Below are positions 25,647 through 34,686 of a stretch of DNA of 40,761 bases, piece by piece. Below the pieces are notes generated by a model that ran no database searches, was not told the origin of the DNA, and was given only the letters and a program-made list of their open reading frames with translations. How positions within the stretch are numbered: the stretch's first letter is position 1; each line of letters starts with the position of its first letter. Origin of the DNA: Parcubacteria group bacterium (GTDB lineage: Bacteria > Patescibacteriota > Minisyncoccia > Moranbacterales > UBA2206); NCBI GenBank assembly GCA_041659585.1, contig JBAZXY010000002.1, forward strand, positions 1-40,761, read 5' to 3'. Both the position numbers and the translations under genes were made by a program.

Positions 25647-25666
25647 AAGGCTTGGCTGGGAGCCTT
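25647..25666 (-). terminator. intrinsic terminator after the 7TM gene
   Basis: aaggct / agcctt stem with an 8-nt loop, followed on the minus strand by TTTTTTTG. It begins immediately after the stop codon at 25668-25670. Confidence 0.5.
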
Positions 25667-25667
25667 C

Positions 25668-26564
25668 TTATTTCTTGGAACGTTCTTCAGTTGAACCATA
25701 CATAATCATCATTCTTTTTCGATTGCATTTTCCCCAAAACAACCAAATCACCACAGCATAGAAAGCCATGAGCACAAAATAGAAAATCGGGGTGAGAGCC
25801 AGAAAAAACATCCCCCCGAAAATAGCGGACAGAATGGCAAAAGCGAACCATTTGCGGGGCAAGATTTCAAATTCAAACAGATCATATTCCAGCATCGTGA
25901 AAAGTATTAGAGACACAAAGAAGAGATTACCTAAAATCAAATAAGGCGCTATTTCAATGTCCCATTTTTCCTTGATATTGAGCAAATCCATTATTTCATA
26001 AGCAATGCTCCATAGGATAAACGTCATAATGGCAAAAATCAACACCTTTATTTGTAACTTTATTTTATAATAGGTCATGGTATGGCGATAGGCTCGCAAC
26101 ATAATCACTGAAGCCCAAAGAGCATATGCCAGATCCAGAACCAAACTAGTGATAATCACCCAACCAGATTGATAGGCGCAGGTGCGTGGCTCCACACTCC
26201 CAATGCCATAACCACTCACCACCGCAAAAACCGTCACGCCCAGTGGCAGGGCCAAGAGTCCTTTCTTTTGCCAAGTGAGTTGCTTGCCTGCCAAGACGTA
26301 GGAAAAATAGAGAAAGAAGAGAAAGAAAAGATCCACTAGATTCGATAAGCGAAAAAAGAGATAGCTGACTTCCACGTCACGCGTCAGCCATTGTGCCAGA
26401 TCCCCTATAGTCCACAACGCCAGAATCAGCAGAAAATAAAAAGCATTCCGATTAAGGGAGCGCTTGGGATTTTTGCCAAGAATGCTAAAAGCAATGATAA
26501 GAGTAATAATAATTACTGTGCTATAGGAATAATATATAAATAGCGGTGTTTCAAATTGACACAT
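25668..26564 (-). CDS. stand-alone 7TM membrane protein homologous to the sensor domain of the 16807-18519 kinase
   Basis: IYYSYSTVIIITLIIAFSILGKNPKRSLNRNAFYFLLILALWTIGDLAQW aligns by eye with the kinase segment IYYSHIPTAIVSLFFGFFIISRNRSLTSILFFIISFSIFIWTLFSLITW. It has about 7 TM segments and no output domain. Confidence 0.65.
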   Translation of the reverse strand: MCQFETPLFIYYSYSTVIIITLIIAFSILGKNPKRSLNRNAFYFLLILALWTIGDLAQWLTRDVEVSYLFFRLSNLVDLFFLFFLYFSYVLAGKQLTWQKKGLLALPLGVTVFAVVSGYGIGSVEPRTCAYQSGWVIITSLVLDLAYALWASVIMLRAYRHTMTYYKIKLQIKVLIFAIMTFILWSIAYEIMDLLNIKEKWDIEIAPYLILGNLFFVSLILFTMLEYDLFEFEILPRKWFAFAILSAIFGGMFFLALTPIFYFVLMAFYAVVIWLFWGKCNRKRMMIMYGSTEERSKK

Positions 26565-26789
26565 ATAATATTATATTAAAAAAATATAATTTAGTCTTGC
26601 AACATCTCAAATCCATCCAAAAGCACCAAACCAGCCACACCAGCAAAAATCACCTATCACAATTTTCTTTCATCCTACACCTACGCCTCATTCTTGGCAA
26701 ATTAAACTCGCTAGCCACTCTTTTCATATATCATTACCTAATACAGGGCTCCGCGCATTCTCTTTCTTTTTTCTGCCAACTATTAAAAA

Positions 26790-26826
26790 GAGCCTGCCGA
26801 AAAAATATTATTTTTTCGGCAGGCTC
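26790..26826 (-). terminator. strong intrinsic terminator after the 149-aa gene
   Basis: 17-bp perfect stem gagcctgccgaaaaaat / attttttcggcaggctc with a 3-nt loop and a T-run on the minus strand. Confidence 0.7.
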
Positions 26827-26838
26827 GGCTAACATGGC

Positions 26839-27288
26839 TTATATGCCTGAAGCAGTTGAAAACTTGATTTCGAACTCATCCCAAGAATAGAAGCCTCGCA
26901 TACCCAGTGGCCACAACAGCATGGTAATGGGGGTTTTTATATCCTTCAGATACTCAATATCTACCTCCTGCGGCAAAGCTGTTCTGGCGCTTCTCTTTCC
27001 TCCACAAGAGTTGATGATTAATTGTAAGAAAACATCCATGATTATACGTTCTTCAGCATAGATACTTCTATCTAGCTCATCCCTGAGCTTAATCACTCTT
27101 ATTTCCGCATCATTCCAATGTGCCTTATGCAAAGCCGGATGGGGACAATCCATAGGCACCACTCTTTTTTCATAGACTGACTTTTCCCCGAATTGTTCAT
27201 TATACATGTCCCTACATCGATATAATTCTTTATCTTTAATCTCAAATTTGGAACAGCCTGTTGTGAGACAGACATCCGGACATCTCAT
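26839..27288 (-). CDS. hypothetical protein, Cys-containing N-terminus
   Basis: 149-aa ORF with GGGAGGTAGG 3-4 nt upstream of the ATG and a strong terminator downstream. No motif recognised. Confidence 0.55.
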   Translation of the reverse strand: MRCPDVCLTTGCSKFEIKDKELYRCRDMYNEQFGEKSVYEKRVVPMDCPHPALHKAHWNDAEIRVIKLRDELDRSIYAEERIIMDVFLQLIINSCGGKRSARTALPQEVDIEYLKDIKTPITMLLWPLGMRGFYSWDEFEIKFSTASGI

Positions 27289-27420
27289 GTGCCTACCTCC
27301 CTTATGTTTTGTTTAAGAGTTGTTGTATATCTTTTTTTAAATAACCATATTATAGACTACACGCCTATCGCCAATTTGTCAATCTGCGCCAAAATGCCTG
27401 AAAAAATCACCTCATCATCC

Positions 27421-27449
27421 TTGACAAACTCATTTCCGCCTGCTATAAT
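27421..27449 (+). promoter_or_regulatory. consensus sigma70 promoter TTGACA-17-TATAAT for the DEAD-box helicase
   Basis: TTGACA at 27421-27426, exact 17-nt spacer, TATAAT at 27444-27449. This leaves a leader of about 100 nt before the ATG at 27554. Confidence 0.65.
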
Positions 27450-27553
27450 TACTTTTTATGTTAATACTATACGAATTTCTTTCGAGGTTTCGTGACAAAC
27501 ATCACAACACCTAAGTTGCGACATAAATTTTTAATTATTTATGTTTCAACATA

Positions 27554-28810
27554 ATGTACAACCAAAGAACGAGCCGAGGACCGGCGCGCAATAATTCACG
27601 CAGTGGAGCCACTTCTTTCGGCTCCGGCGCTCGAGGAACCCGTCCAGCCGGACGTCGCAACCCTCAAGCAGGATCAGCTAAAAAAGGCCGGTTTACCGGA
27701 GCCTACATCGATCCCAAGATGTTTATCAATAAAGCTGTCGCACCCAAACCAGTCGAAGAAAAAGTGCATGTGGTAAAAGCCCTTTTCGCTGATTTAGCTA
27801 TCAACGACCAATTGAAGCAAGCTATCATTAAAAGAGGCTACGAGCATCCTACTGATATTCAAGCCAAGACTATTCCCCACATTCTGGAGGGCAAAGACGT
27901 GATTGGTCTAGCCAACACCGGCACCGGCAAGACCGGCGCTTTCCTTATTCCCATGATTAACAAAATTATTGCCGATCCCAAACAAAAACTCTTAGTCGTC
28001 GTGCCCACCCGAGAACTGGCTATTCAAATCCAAGAAGAATTTGTAGCCCTCGTTCAAGGCTTGCGCTTGCAAGCAGTCGTGGTAGTGGGAGGAGCCAATA
28101 TTCGTCCGCAAATTCAAAGATTACGCTCTCGACACAATGTCGTCATCGGCACCCCGGGCAGACTGAAAGACTTGATTACCCGGAAGGATTTGAAACTAGA
28201 GACTTTCACCAATGTGGTGCTGGACGAAGCTGACCGCATGCTGGATATGGGATTTATTTCCGACGTGAAACTGTTGATGTCACTCTTGGCGAGTCCGAGA
28301 CAAACTTTGCTTTTTTCCGCCACCCTTTCCCGAGAGATTGAAGCTCTAGTAGCCCAGTTTCAAACTGACCCAGTGCGTATTTCGATTAAAACCCAAGAAA
28401 CATCAGCGCAAATTGATCAGGATATCGTGCGCGTCGGAAAAGATGATGACAAAATGAATGTGCTGCAAAAACTGCTGGCGCAAACGACTTTTCAAAAAAT
28501 CCTTATCTTCACTCGCACTAAACGCGGAGCGGAAAAATTATCTAAGCTACTTTTCCAAATGGGCTTCAAAGCGGAATCTATTCATGGGGACAAATCCCAT
28601 CACCAAAGACAAAGAGCTCTTCTGCAATTCAAAAATGGCCAAGTGGAAATTCTCGTCGCTACTGATGTAGCTGCGCGAGGATTGGATATTCCTAATGTCA
28701 GTCATGTGATTAACTTTGACGTACCAGCTAGCTATGAAGACTATATCCACCGTATCGGCCGAACCGGTCGCGCTGGCAAAACTGGAGTAGCACTGACTTT
28801 CATTGAATAA
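27554..28810 (+). CDS. DEAD-box ATP-dependent RNA helicase with Arg/Gly-rich N-terminal tail
   Basis: Q-motif region ...GYEHPTDIQAKTIP, motif I ANTGTGKTGAF, motif II VLDEADRMLDMGF, motif III SAT, motif VI HRIGRTGRAG. Confidence 0.92.
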   Translation: MYNQRTSRGPARNNSRSGATSFGSGARGTRPAGRRNPQAGSAKKGRFTGAYIDPKMFINKAVAPKPVEEKVHVVKALFADLAINDQLKQAIIKRGYEHPTDIQAKTIPHILEGKDVIGLANTGTGKTGAFLIPMINKIIADPKQKLLVVVPTRELAIQIQEEFVALVQGLRLQAVVVVGGANIRPQIQRLRSRHNVVIGTPGRLKDLITRKDLKLETFTNVVLDEADRMLDMGFISDVKLLMSLLASPRQTLLFSATLSREIEALVAQFQTDPVRISIKTQETSAQIDQDIVRVGKDDDKMNVLQKLLAQTTFQKILIFTRTKRGAEKLSKLLFQMGFKAESIHGDKSHHQRQRALLQFKNGQVEILVATDVAARGLDIPNVSHVINFDVPASYEDYIHRIGRTGRAGKTGVALTFIE

Positions 28811-28836
28811 CAATAACCTATCTCAGAAATGATAAA

Positions 28837-28865
28837 AGCCCCTTGCTAGTTATAGCGAAGGGGCT
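28837..28865. terminator. bidirectional intrinsic terminator between the convergent helicase and PilZ genes
   Basis: agcccctt / aaggggct stem, with an inner gcta/tagc extension. An A-run lies upstream and TTTTTT downstream. Confidence 0.7.
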
Positions 28866-28892
28866 TTTTTAGTTTCCTTGAAATAGAAATGA

Positions 28893-29246
28893 TTATTTTA
28901 CCACTCCAACCATGAAACTAATAGCTTTTTTTTCCTTAGAATAATCTCGCAAACCGACAAATTCCAAACCAAACTGCTTATTGTTTCGTATGTTACGAAT
29001 AACAGCAGTAACGCTTATTTCTCGCTTAGCCACAATGTCAAATCTGACATCTATCTTGTCCCCTACGCGAAAGGCAGAGACAAGTACGTTTAATGAAATA
29101 CTCATCCCATCTAAAGTAATATCATCAATAGTAACACTAACTTCCCCATTCCTACTAGGAAGATTACTATATCCAAAAAGATTCACTCTCTTCCGCATCC
29201 TTCTCCGCCTGTTTTTAATTTCATTCTTTTCCGCCAAAGTATTCAA
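28893..29246 (-). CDS. PilZ-like domain protein (candidate c-di-GMP receptor)
   Basis: RRRRMRKR (RxxxR-type) is followed by DDITLDGMSI (a D-x-S/T-x-x-G-like motif) and a beta-rich remainder. I prefer the TTG start at 29246, which has GAGGGAGGAA 6 nt upstream. The track ORF starts at a GTG at 29279. Confidence 0.55.
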   Translation of the reverse strand: MNTLAEKNEIKNRRRRMRKRVNLFGYSNLPSRNGEVSVTIDDITLDGMSISLNVLVSAFRVGDKIDVRFDIVAKREISVTAVIRNIRNNKQFGLEFVGLRDYSKEKKAISFMVGVVK

Positions 29247-29490
29247 TTTATTCCTCCCTCTTAAGTATATTTCAATCACAAGATGTGCTATTCACATAAC
29301 CAACATCCAACTTTTTTTGATTTTAAAAGGACTAACTTCATATTAACCATATTAATATTCCTCATATCTAATCTATCTAAAAAAAACTGCGCAAGAAATT
29401 TCATCTTGGAGATAGATATTATCGCGGTGCCATTATAACACACAATTAAAAACCTGTCACGCCTTTTTAGATTATCCGTTATAATAAAAA

Positions 29491-29508
29491 ACTGCTCAAG
29501 CAAGCAGT
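29491..29508 (-). terminator. intrinsic terminator after the DUF2207 gene
   Basis: actgct / agcagt stem extended by flanking A- and T-runs (aaaaaactgctcaagcaagcagttttttt). Confidence 0.55.
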
Positions 29509-29533
29509 TTTTTTATCCTATAGCAAGAAATGA

Positions 29534-31282
29534 CTACCATCCGCCGCCTCCTCCACCACCACCGCCGCCACCTGATCCACCCGAGCCGCCAGAGCCCGAT
29601 GGGGCGGATGTATTAGCCGCAATACTGGCTGATAGATTATCCATTTCACTAGCGAAACTATCTGCATCAAAAGCAGCTAGGTTGCCCACATACCAAAGCG
29701 GCACATGTTGGGAAAAATATTCCTCTCCATATAACTCTTTCATTTTTTTCACCCACAAGCCGGTAATTCCAAAAACAATGGCGTAGGGCAAAAACTTTTC
29801 AAAAATATTTTCTTTTTCATAGAAGGCCGCTCTATCTTTGTCCACCGTTTCCATAAAAAGCTTAAAACCCTTGATTTTCCAATTAGCTTCCGCTCCCGCC
29901 ACTGTACGCTTGGGCATCACCAAGCCAAATAGAAAAATTATCACACCAGAGAGAATAATTGCCAATGCTAGCCAGCCTGAAACAGCTATTAAACCAGCAC
30001 CACCCATAAATACGATTGCCCCCACAATACCGAAACTCAAAGCAAAGTTCATCCCAGATTGATAAATTAAATTTTTTTTCAATAAGATATCCACACCTTT
30101 CTTTTTCACGTCAGCAATGATTTTGTAGAAGGAATTCCGCAATGAAGACAATTCAATTACATCTCCATCTTCAAATAGCTTATTCAAAATAGCTTTTTGT
30201 CCAGAGTTGAGAGCTGCTTCAGCTGATGTATTTCTGCTTCGAGAAAATTCATAGTCCTTGGAATGAAAAAAGAAAAACTTATTATCAATCTCTCGGATAG
30301 TCAAAATTTTATTAGTTGCCAAATTGATGATTTCAGCGGTGATAAAATTATTCCTCAGACCGCCATTAGTCATAAGCATGCCCATCTCCAGTGGAGACAT
30401 TTCCAATGGGGCTTCGTATTCAGCGATAATCGCACGATCCATCTGTGGATCCTTGCCATAGACCAGCCATAAGCGCAAGCAAAAAAAGAGCACTGTCATC
30501 GGAATAGCCAGAAAAACATAGCGCGCATACAACTCCCACCAGCTAGGCTGATACGGCACGAAAATATTTTTCGGAAAAGTTACCGCTGTGGTGATGCCTT
30601 GTTTTTTGGCTAGAATTCCAGTAGAGTCAAATTCCAAAATATTATCCGCTGTCCATTTATAAGTAGCTAGTGCGCTACCCCTCTCACCCAAAGAACCGGC
30701 ATACAAATCAACCATACTATTTTCCTTGCGCACCTCGACAGGAAAAATCACTTTCACATGCACTTTGTCCATTTCCAAATCCCAAAAATTACCGGTGAGA
30801 TTCCAATACCATTCGTCAAATTTATTATTCCAAAAACGAATCGTGTTCGCCACCCTATATTTAATGACATAGATATGCACTCCTTGCACCGTCTCGTTGG
30901 CATCGCCGATTTTCCAAGTAACCGTACTATCAGTGCTATTTCTCGATTCGCTATATCCATAAGCCTCTCCATTCTCATCCGTAACGCTCAGTAGTTTGAT
31001 AGGAGTTTTTATGACCTCTTGCCCCTCCACTCTTATTTCCTCAGGTACAATTCTGAAGATACCATGTTTTCCCACAGCCGTGCCACAATCCGCCGTGATG
31101 GTTTCAGTGATATCCAAACTAGAATCCCGGTTAACTATTATTTGCGCATCAAAATTTTGCACATACCAATCTGTTGCATTTTCCCTTGCCAAACATGGAT
31201 TAGAAAAAGCAAATATTCCTATCAAAAAAATAAGCGAGATAAAAAAATAACTTCTATGGAACATATTTTTAATATTAAGCAA
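29534..31282 (-). CDS. DUF2207-family membrane protein with C-terminal poly-Gly tail
   Basis: Signal/anchor, large extracytoplasmic N-domain, central TM cluster, and the C-terminal tail ...SGSGGSGGSGGGGGGGGGGGW typical of this family. Confidence 0.75.
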   Translation of the reverse strand: MLNIKNMFHRSYFFISLIFLIGIFAFSNPCLARENATDWYVQNFDAQIIVNRDSSLDITETITADCGTAVGKHGIFRIVPEEIRVEGQEVIKTPIKLLSVTDENGEAYGYSESRNSTDSTVTWKIGDANETVQGVHIYVIKYRVANTIRFWNNKFDEWYWNLTGNFWDLEMDKVHVKVIFPVEVRKENSMVDLYAGSLGERGSALATYKWTADNILEFDSTGILAKKQGITTAVTFPKNIFVPYQPSWWELYARYVFLAIPMTVLFFCLRLWLVYGKDPQMDRAIIAEYEAPLEMSPLEMGMLMTNGGLRNNFITAEIINLATNKILTIREIDNKFFFFHSKDYEFSRSRNTSAEAALNSGQKAILNKLFEDGDVIELSSLRNSFYKIIADVKKKGVDILLKKNLIYQSGMNFALSFGIVGAIVFMGGAGLIAVSGWLALAIILSGVIIFLFGLVMPKRTVAGAEANWKIKGFKLFMETVDKDRAAFYEKENIFEKFLPYAIVFGITGLWVKKMKELYGEEYFSQHVPLWYVGNLAAFDADSFASEMDNLSASIAANTSAPSGSGGSGGSGGGGGGGGGGGW

Positions 31283-31343
31283 TGGAATGATACTTACTAT
31301 TTAGCTTCTCGATTATCGCACAATTTTTATTAAAAATCAAAAA

Positions 31344-31363
31344 ACTGCCCCAAGTGGGACAGT
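31344..31363 (-). terminator. intrinsic terminator after rpsI
   Basis: 8-bp stem with one mismatch (actgcccc / ggggacagt region) and a 4-nt loop, followed on the minus strand by TTTTTT. Confidence 0.5.
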
Positions 31364-31393
31364 TTTTGTATATTTTGAAGTAAATTTCGATAA

Positions 31394-32020
31394 TTAACGC
31401 TTCGCCCATTGAGATGATTTGCGAGCTTTTTTCTTGCCAGGCTTCTTTCGTTCTACCACTCTGGCATCTCGAGTTAGAAATCCGACGTCTTTTAAAGTCT
31501 TTTTAAGAGTCTCATCATACACCACCAAAGCTCTAGCTACGCCTAATTTAGCAGCTTCAGCTTGTCCCATCACTCCGCCACCATTCACTTTCACAGAGAT
31601 ATCAAATTTATCCACTAGCCCAACTAATGCCAAAGGAGCAGTAATAGCCTCAACATGCCTTTCGATAGTGAAATATTCTTTCACATCTTTTCCATTCACC
31701 ACGATACCCTTTGCTTCTTTCTCTACGGCATAAATTCTTACTTGAGCAATAGAAGTTTTTCTTTTTCCCACTGCATAAAAATATTTTCCGGTAAATTCCA
31801 CCGCACCTTTAACAGCCTTGGTTTCTTTTTTAACCTCCTTATCCTTAGTCTCTTTTTTCACTTCTTTGACCGCTTTCACTTCTTTGACATCTTTCACTTC
31901 TTTCTTGACCACCTTCTTCACTTCCTTTTTTTCCTTAACTTCTTTTACAACTTTAACCTTAGCCTCCTTTGCTGGAGCCTTCTTCTTAGTCTCTTCGGTA
32001 GTAGTTTTTTTAATTGCCAT
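31394..32020 (-). CDS. rpsI: 30S ribosomal protein S9 with about 75-aa Lys/Glu/Val-rich N-terminal extension
   Basis: Core ...YAVGKRKTSIAQVRI...GGGVMGQAEAAKLGVARAL... and the C-terminus RKKPGKKKARKSSQWAKR. The N-terminus is made of KEVK-type repeats. Confidence 0.9.
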   Translation of the reverse strand: MAIKKTTTEETKKKAPAKEAKVKVVKEVKEKKEVKKVVKKEVKDVKEVKAVKEVKKETKDKEVKKETKAVKGAVEFTGKYFYAVGKRKTSIAQVRIYAVEKEAKGIVVNGKDVKEYFTIERHVEAITAPLALVGLVDKFDISVKVNGGGVMGQAEAAKLGVARALVVYDETLKKTLKDVGFLTRDARVVERKKPGKKKARKSSQWAKR

Positions 32021-32064
32021 ATATTATAAGATTTTAAATTCTAAATTTTTAAATTTAAAATAAA

Positions 32065-32472
32065 TTAGTGGGTTACTTCGATCTTATGCTTATGCTGATC
32101 ATTGGTATAAAGAAGCAATCTGGTCATCATACGATCTCGCAATTTATTTTTGCAAAGCATACCATAAACAGCTCCCTCCACCGCTTTGCGGGAATCCTTA
32201 ACAATCTGATCTTTCAGCTTAATACTGGTCATTCCGCCTGGATAGCCACTATAATGATTATAGACCTTGCCATCCATCTTATTTCCAGTCACTTGCAGAT
32301 TATCAGTATTGATTACGACAACATAGTCACCAGCATCAATATTGGGAGTGAAATCAACTTTGTTTTTCCCTCGCAAGATAAGAGCTATTTCAGTAGCCAT
32401 CCTTCCTAACGCCTGATCCTTGGCATCAAACAAATGATATTTTCTTTGAATTGTTTTCTTTACTTTATTCAT
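32065..32472 (-). CDS. rplM: 50S ribosomal protein L13
   Basis: KYHLFDAKDQALGRMATEIALILRGKNK...DAGDYVVVINTDNLQVTGNK. I use the ATG at 32472 rather than the track's GTG at 32499. Confidence 0.9.
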   Translation of the reverse strand: MNKVKKTIQRKYHLFDAKDQALGRMATEIALILRGKNKVDFTPNIDAGDYVVVINTDNLQVTGNKMDGKVYNHYSGYPGGMTSIKLKDQIVKDSRKAVEGAVYGMLCKNKLRDRMMTRLLLYTNDQHKHKIEVTH

Positions 32473-32568
32473 AAATTTTACCCACTCACCAATTCTCACT
32501 AATTATTTTTTTGAATTGATCTCAGGTCCTTATATTTTTTACGTTATGTCAAATCGACGCGACAACTA

Positions 32569-32934
32569 TTAACTTACAAATTCTATAATAGCCAGTTTTG
32601 CAGCATCACCTTGTCTAGGCGCTAATTTTATAATCCGAGTATAACCACTGTCTCGTGTTGAAAACTGTTCCAAAAATTCACCAGTAATCTTCTTCACTGC
32701 CATCAAAGGAATTTTCGTCCTTAAATCACGCTTAACTGCCACTAACTTTTCTGCGTCTTTGGATAACTTAGCCCGATTAATAATCCTATCAATCTTGGCT
32801 TTCATCTCCTTGGCCTTAGCTTCAGTAGTCTTGATTTTTTCTTCCATAATCAAACTACCTAACATTGTGCGAAACAAAGCCGTGCGCTGATTTCTAACCC
32901 TACCTAATTTTCTTCCTTTTTGTAAATGCTTCAT
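32569..32934 (-). CDS. rplQ: 50S ribosomal protein L17
   Basis: MKHLQKGRKLGRVRNQRTALFRTMLGSLIMEEKIKTTEAKAKE... Confidence 0.9.
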   Translation of the reverse strand: MKHLQKGRKLGRVRNQRTALFRTMLGSLIMEEKIKTTEAKAKEMKAKIDRIINRAKLSKDAEKLVAVKRDLRTKIPLMAVKKITGEFLEQFSTRDSGYTRIIKLAPRQGDAAKLAIIEFVS

Positions 32935-33012
32935 GATTGTATAAATCTCTAACTTACACTAATTATTTTTAATTTTTATTCGCGCACATCTTTATCACAC
33001 TTCGATCTTGTC

Positions 33013-33993
33013 CTATTTTTCCTGTCGCAAATTAACACCATAATCTCCAATCGCCTTCTTAATCTCCTTCACACCCTTTGCTCCCATGCCATCCAAATCA
33101 GTCAATTCCGCTTCAGTCATCTTTACAATAGCACCAACAGTACTAATCTTATTTGCCTCCAAAACATTCAAAGTCCTAGTGGAAAGATTTTTTAGCGTAG
33201 TCACTTCTACTTTTTTCGTATCATCTTTCTTCTCCGCCACCACTTCTTTTTCTTTTTCCATTATTACCGGGCCTTCTTCCACCACTACAGCTTCTTTCTT
33301 AGCTTCTTTTTCCACTGTCGTGAAAACGGAGAATTGCTCCACCAAAATATCCACCGCTTTAGAAAAAGCTTCTTTGGGTTCAATGCTGCCATCAGTCATG
33401 ATCTCCAGGGTAATTCTCTCATAATCAGTCTTTTTTCCTACCCGCATATTAGCCACATCATAATTCACTCTTCTGATTGGAGTATAGATAGCGTCTACAG
33501 CAATCACACCGATTTCCTTCTCAGTTCGATTTTGCTGCTCTACCGGCACGTAACCGATACCATTACTAATCTCTAATTCCATTTCCAAATCACCTTTAGC
33601 TCCAGTAATCGTAGCAATTACAGCATCCTTAGTAATCACTTCGATGCCAGTAGGACATTCAATCATACCCGCAGTCACCACCTTCTCTCCTTTTACTTTC
33701 AAAGAAACCTTAGTCGGCTCCTCATTAAAAGATCTAAATCTAACTTGTTTTAAATTTAAAATTATTTGAATAACATCTTCCAATACACCTGGTACAGTAG
33801 AAAATTCATGAGTTACACCTTTAATCTTAACGGAGGTAATTGCTGATCCAGGAAGTGAAGACAAAAGCACTCTACGTAGAGCATTGCCTAGAGTAGTTCC
33901 GTATCCAGGATAACATCCTTCAATTTCAAACTTGCCTGTTTTTTCATCAAGCATAGTAAGCTTTGGTTTCTGAGGAAGTGTTATTGATTGCAT
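33013..33993 (-). CDS. rpoA: DNA-directed RNA polymerase subunit alpha
   Basis: GYGTTLGNALRRVLLSSLPGSAITSVKI... forms the N-terminal domain. The C-terminal domain has ...LSTRTLNVLEANKISTVGAIVKMTEAELTDL (HhH). A K/E-rich linker joins the two. Confidence 0.92.
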   Translation of the reverse strand: MQSITLPQKPKLTMLDEKTGKFEIEGCYPGYGTTLGNALRRVLLSSLPGSAITSVKIKGVTHEFSTVPGVLEDVIQIILNLKQVRFRSFNEEPTKVSLKVKGEKVVTAGMIECPTGIEVITKDAVIATITGAKGDLEMELEISNGIGYVPVEQQNRTEKEIGVIAVDAIYTPIRRVNYDVANMRVGKKTDYERITLEIMTDGSIEPKEAFSKAVDILVEQFSVFTTVEKEAKKEAVVVEEGPVIMEKEKEVVAEKKDDTKKVEVTTLKNLSTRTLNVLEANKISTVGAIVKMTEAELTDLDGMGAKGVKEIKKAIGDYGVNLRQEK

Positions 33994-34053
33994 AGTTTTT
34001 TTGATTCATCCCTGCAACTGCAAGGATCTATTATTATAAGTTAGGAAAAATAC

Positions 34054-34686
34054 TTATCTTGAGTAATACTCAACAATGATTTGCGTATCGACATTGATAC
34101 CAATTTCATCTCTTGTTGGAGCGCTGTTCACCTTAGCCTCCATCTTAGCAGTATCGAAACTGATCCAAGAAGGAAAGTCTTTTTTATTCTTAATAACGGC
34201 TGCTATATTTTTAAAATAATTCTTTTCTTTTTTAGTCGCGTTAATAGCAATCATGTCTCCCACTTTCACTTCTGCAGAAGGGATAGTCATCTTCTTCCCA
34301 TTTACACTTATTAAGCCATGGTTAACAATTTGTCTAGCCTGAGCTCGGGAAACAGCAAAGCCTGCTCGATAAACGATAGAATCCAATCGCATCTCCAAGC
34401 GAGTCAGCAACAAGTCACCAGTAATACCTTCTTTATGAGAAACTTCATCAAAATGTTTTCGAAATTGTCTCTCTAATACGCCATAAATTCTGCGAATCTT
34501 TTGCTTAGCAGAAAGCTGAGTACCATATTCGCTTTGTCCACGAGAAACCTTTTTTCCATGAACTCCAGGCGCATAAGCCCGTTTCACCATCCCGCAATTT
34601 CCAGTACTGCAACGATCACCTTTAAGAAACAGCTTTTCGCCTGCTCTTCTACATTTTCGACATTTTGCTTTTGTGTCCCTAGCCAT
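34054..34686 (-). CDS. rpsD: 30S ribosomal protein S4
   Basis: CRKCRRAGEKLFLKGDRC...QLSAKQKIRRIYGVLERQFRKHF...RLDSIVYRAGFAVSRAQARQIVNHG. Confidence 0.92.
   Translation of the reverse strand: MARDTKAKCRKCRRAGEKLFLKGDRCSTGNCGMVKRAYAPGVHGKKVSRGQSEYGTQLSAKQKIRRIYGVLERQFRKHFDEVSHKEGITGDLLLTRLEMRLDSIVYRAGFAVSRAQARQIVNHGLISVNGKKMTIPSAEVKVGDMIAINATKKEKNYFKNIAAVIKNKKDFPSWISFDTAKMEAKVNSAPTRDEIGINVDTQIIVEYYSR

Noticed and set aside
25511-25699. 62-aa minus-strand ORF spanning the 7TM gene stop and its terminator.
   Set aside because: It overlaps the end of a better-supported gene and runs through terminator hairpins. It has no SD.
29288-29503. 71-aa minus-strand ORF between DUF2207 and the PilZ-like gene.
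   Set aside because: It begins inside the DUF2207 terminator hairpin, has no SD and has AT-rich low-complexity sequence. The region is more plausibly the PilZ promoter and leader.
29536-29600. G+C-rich low-complexity tract (ccgccgcctcctccaccaccaccgccgcc...) that stands out in AT-rich DNA.
   Set aside because: It simply encodes the poly-Gly/Ser C-terminal tail typical of DUF2207 proteins. It is not an independent repeat element.
31419-32063. Three plus-strand ORFs (104, 124 and 81 aa) opposite rpsI with repetitive F/S/L-rich translations.
   Set aside because: They are antisense artefacts of the KEVK-repeat coding sequence of the S9 extension. AAG/GAA repeats read as CTT/TTC on the other strand.
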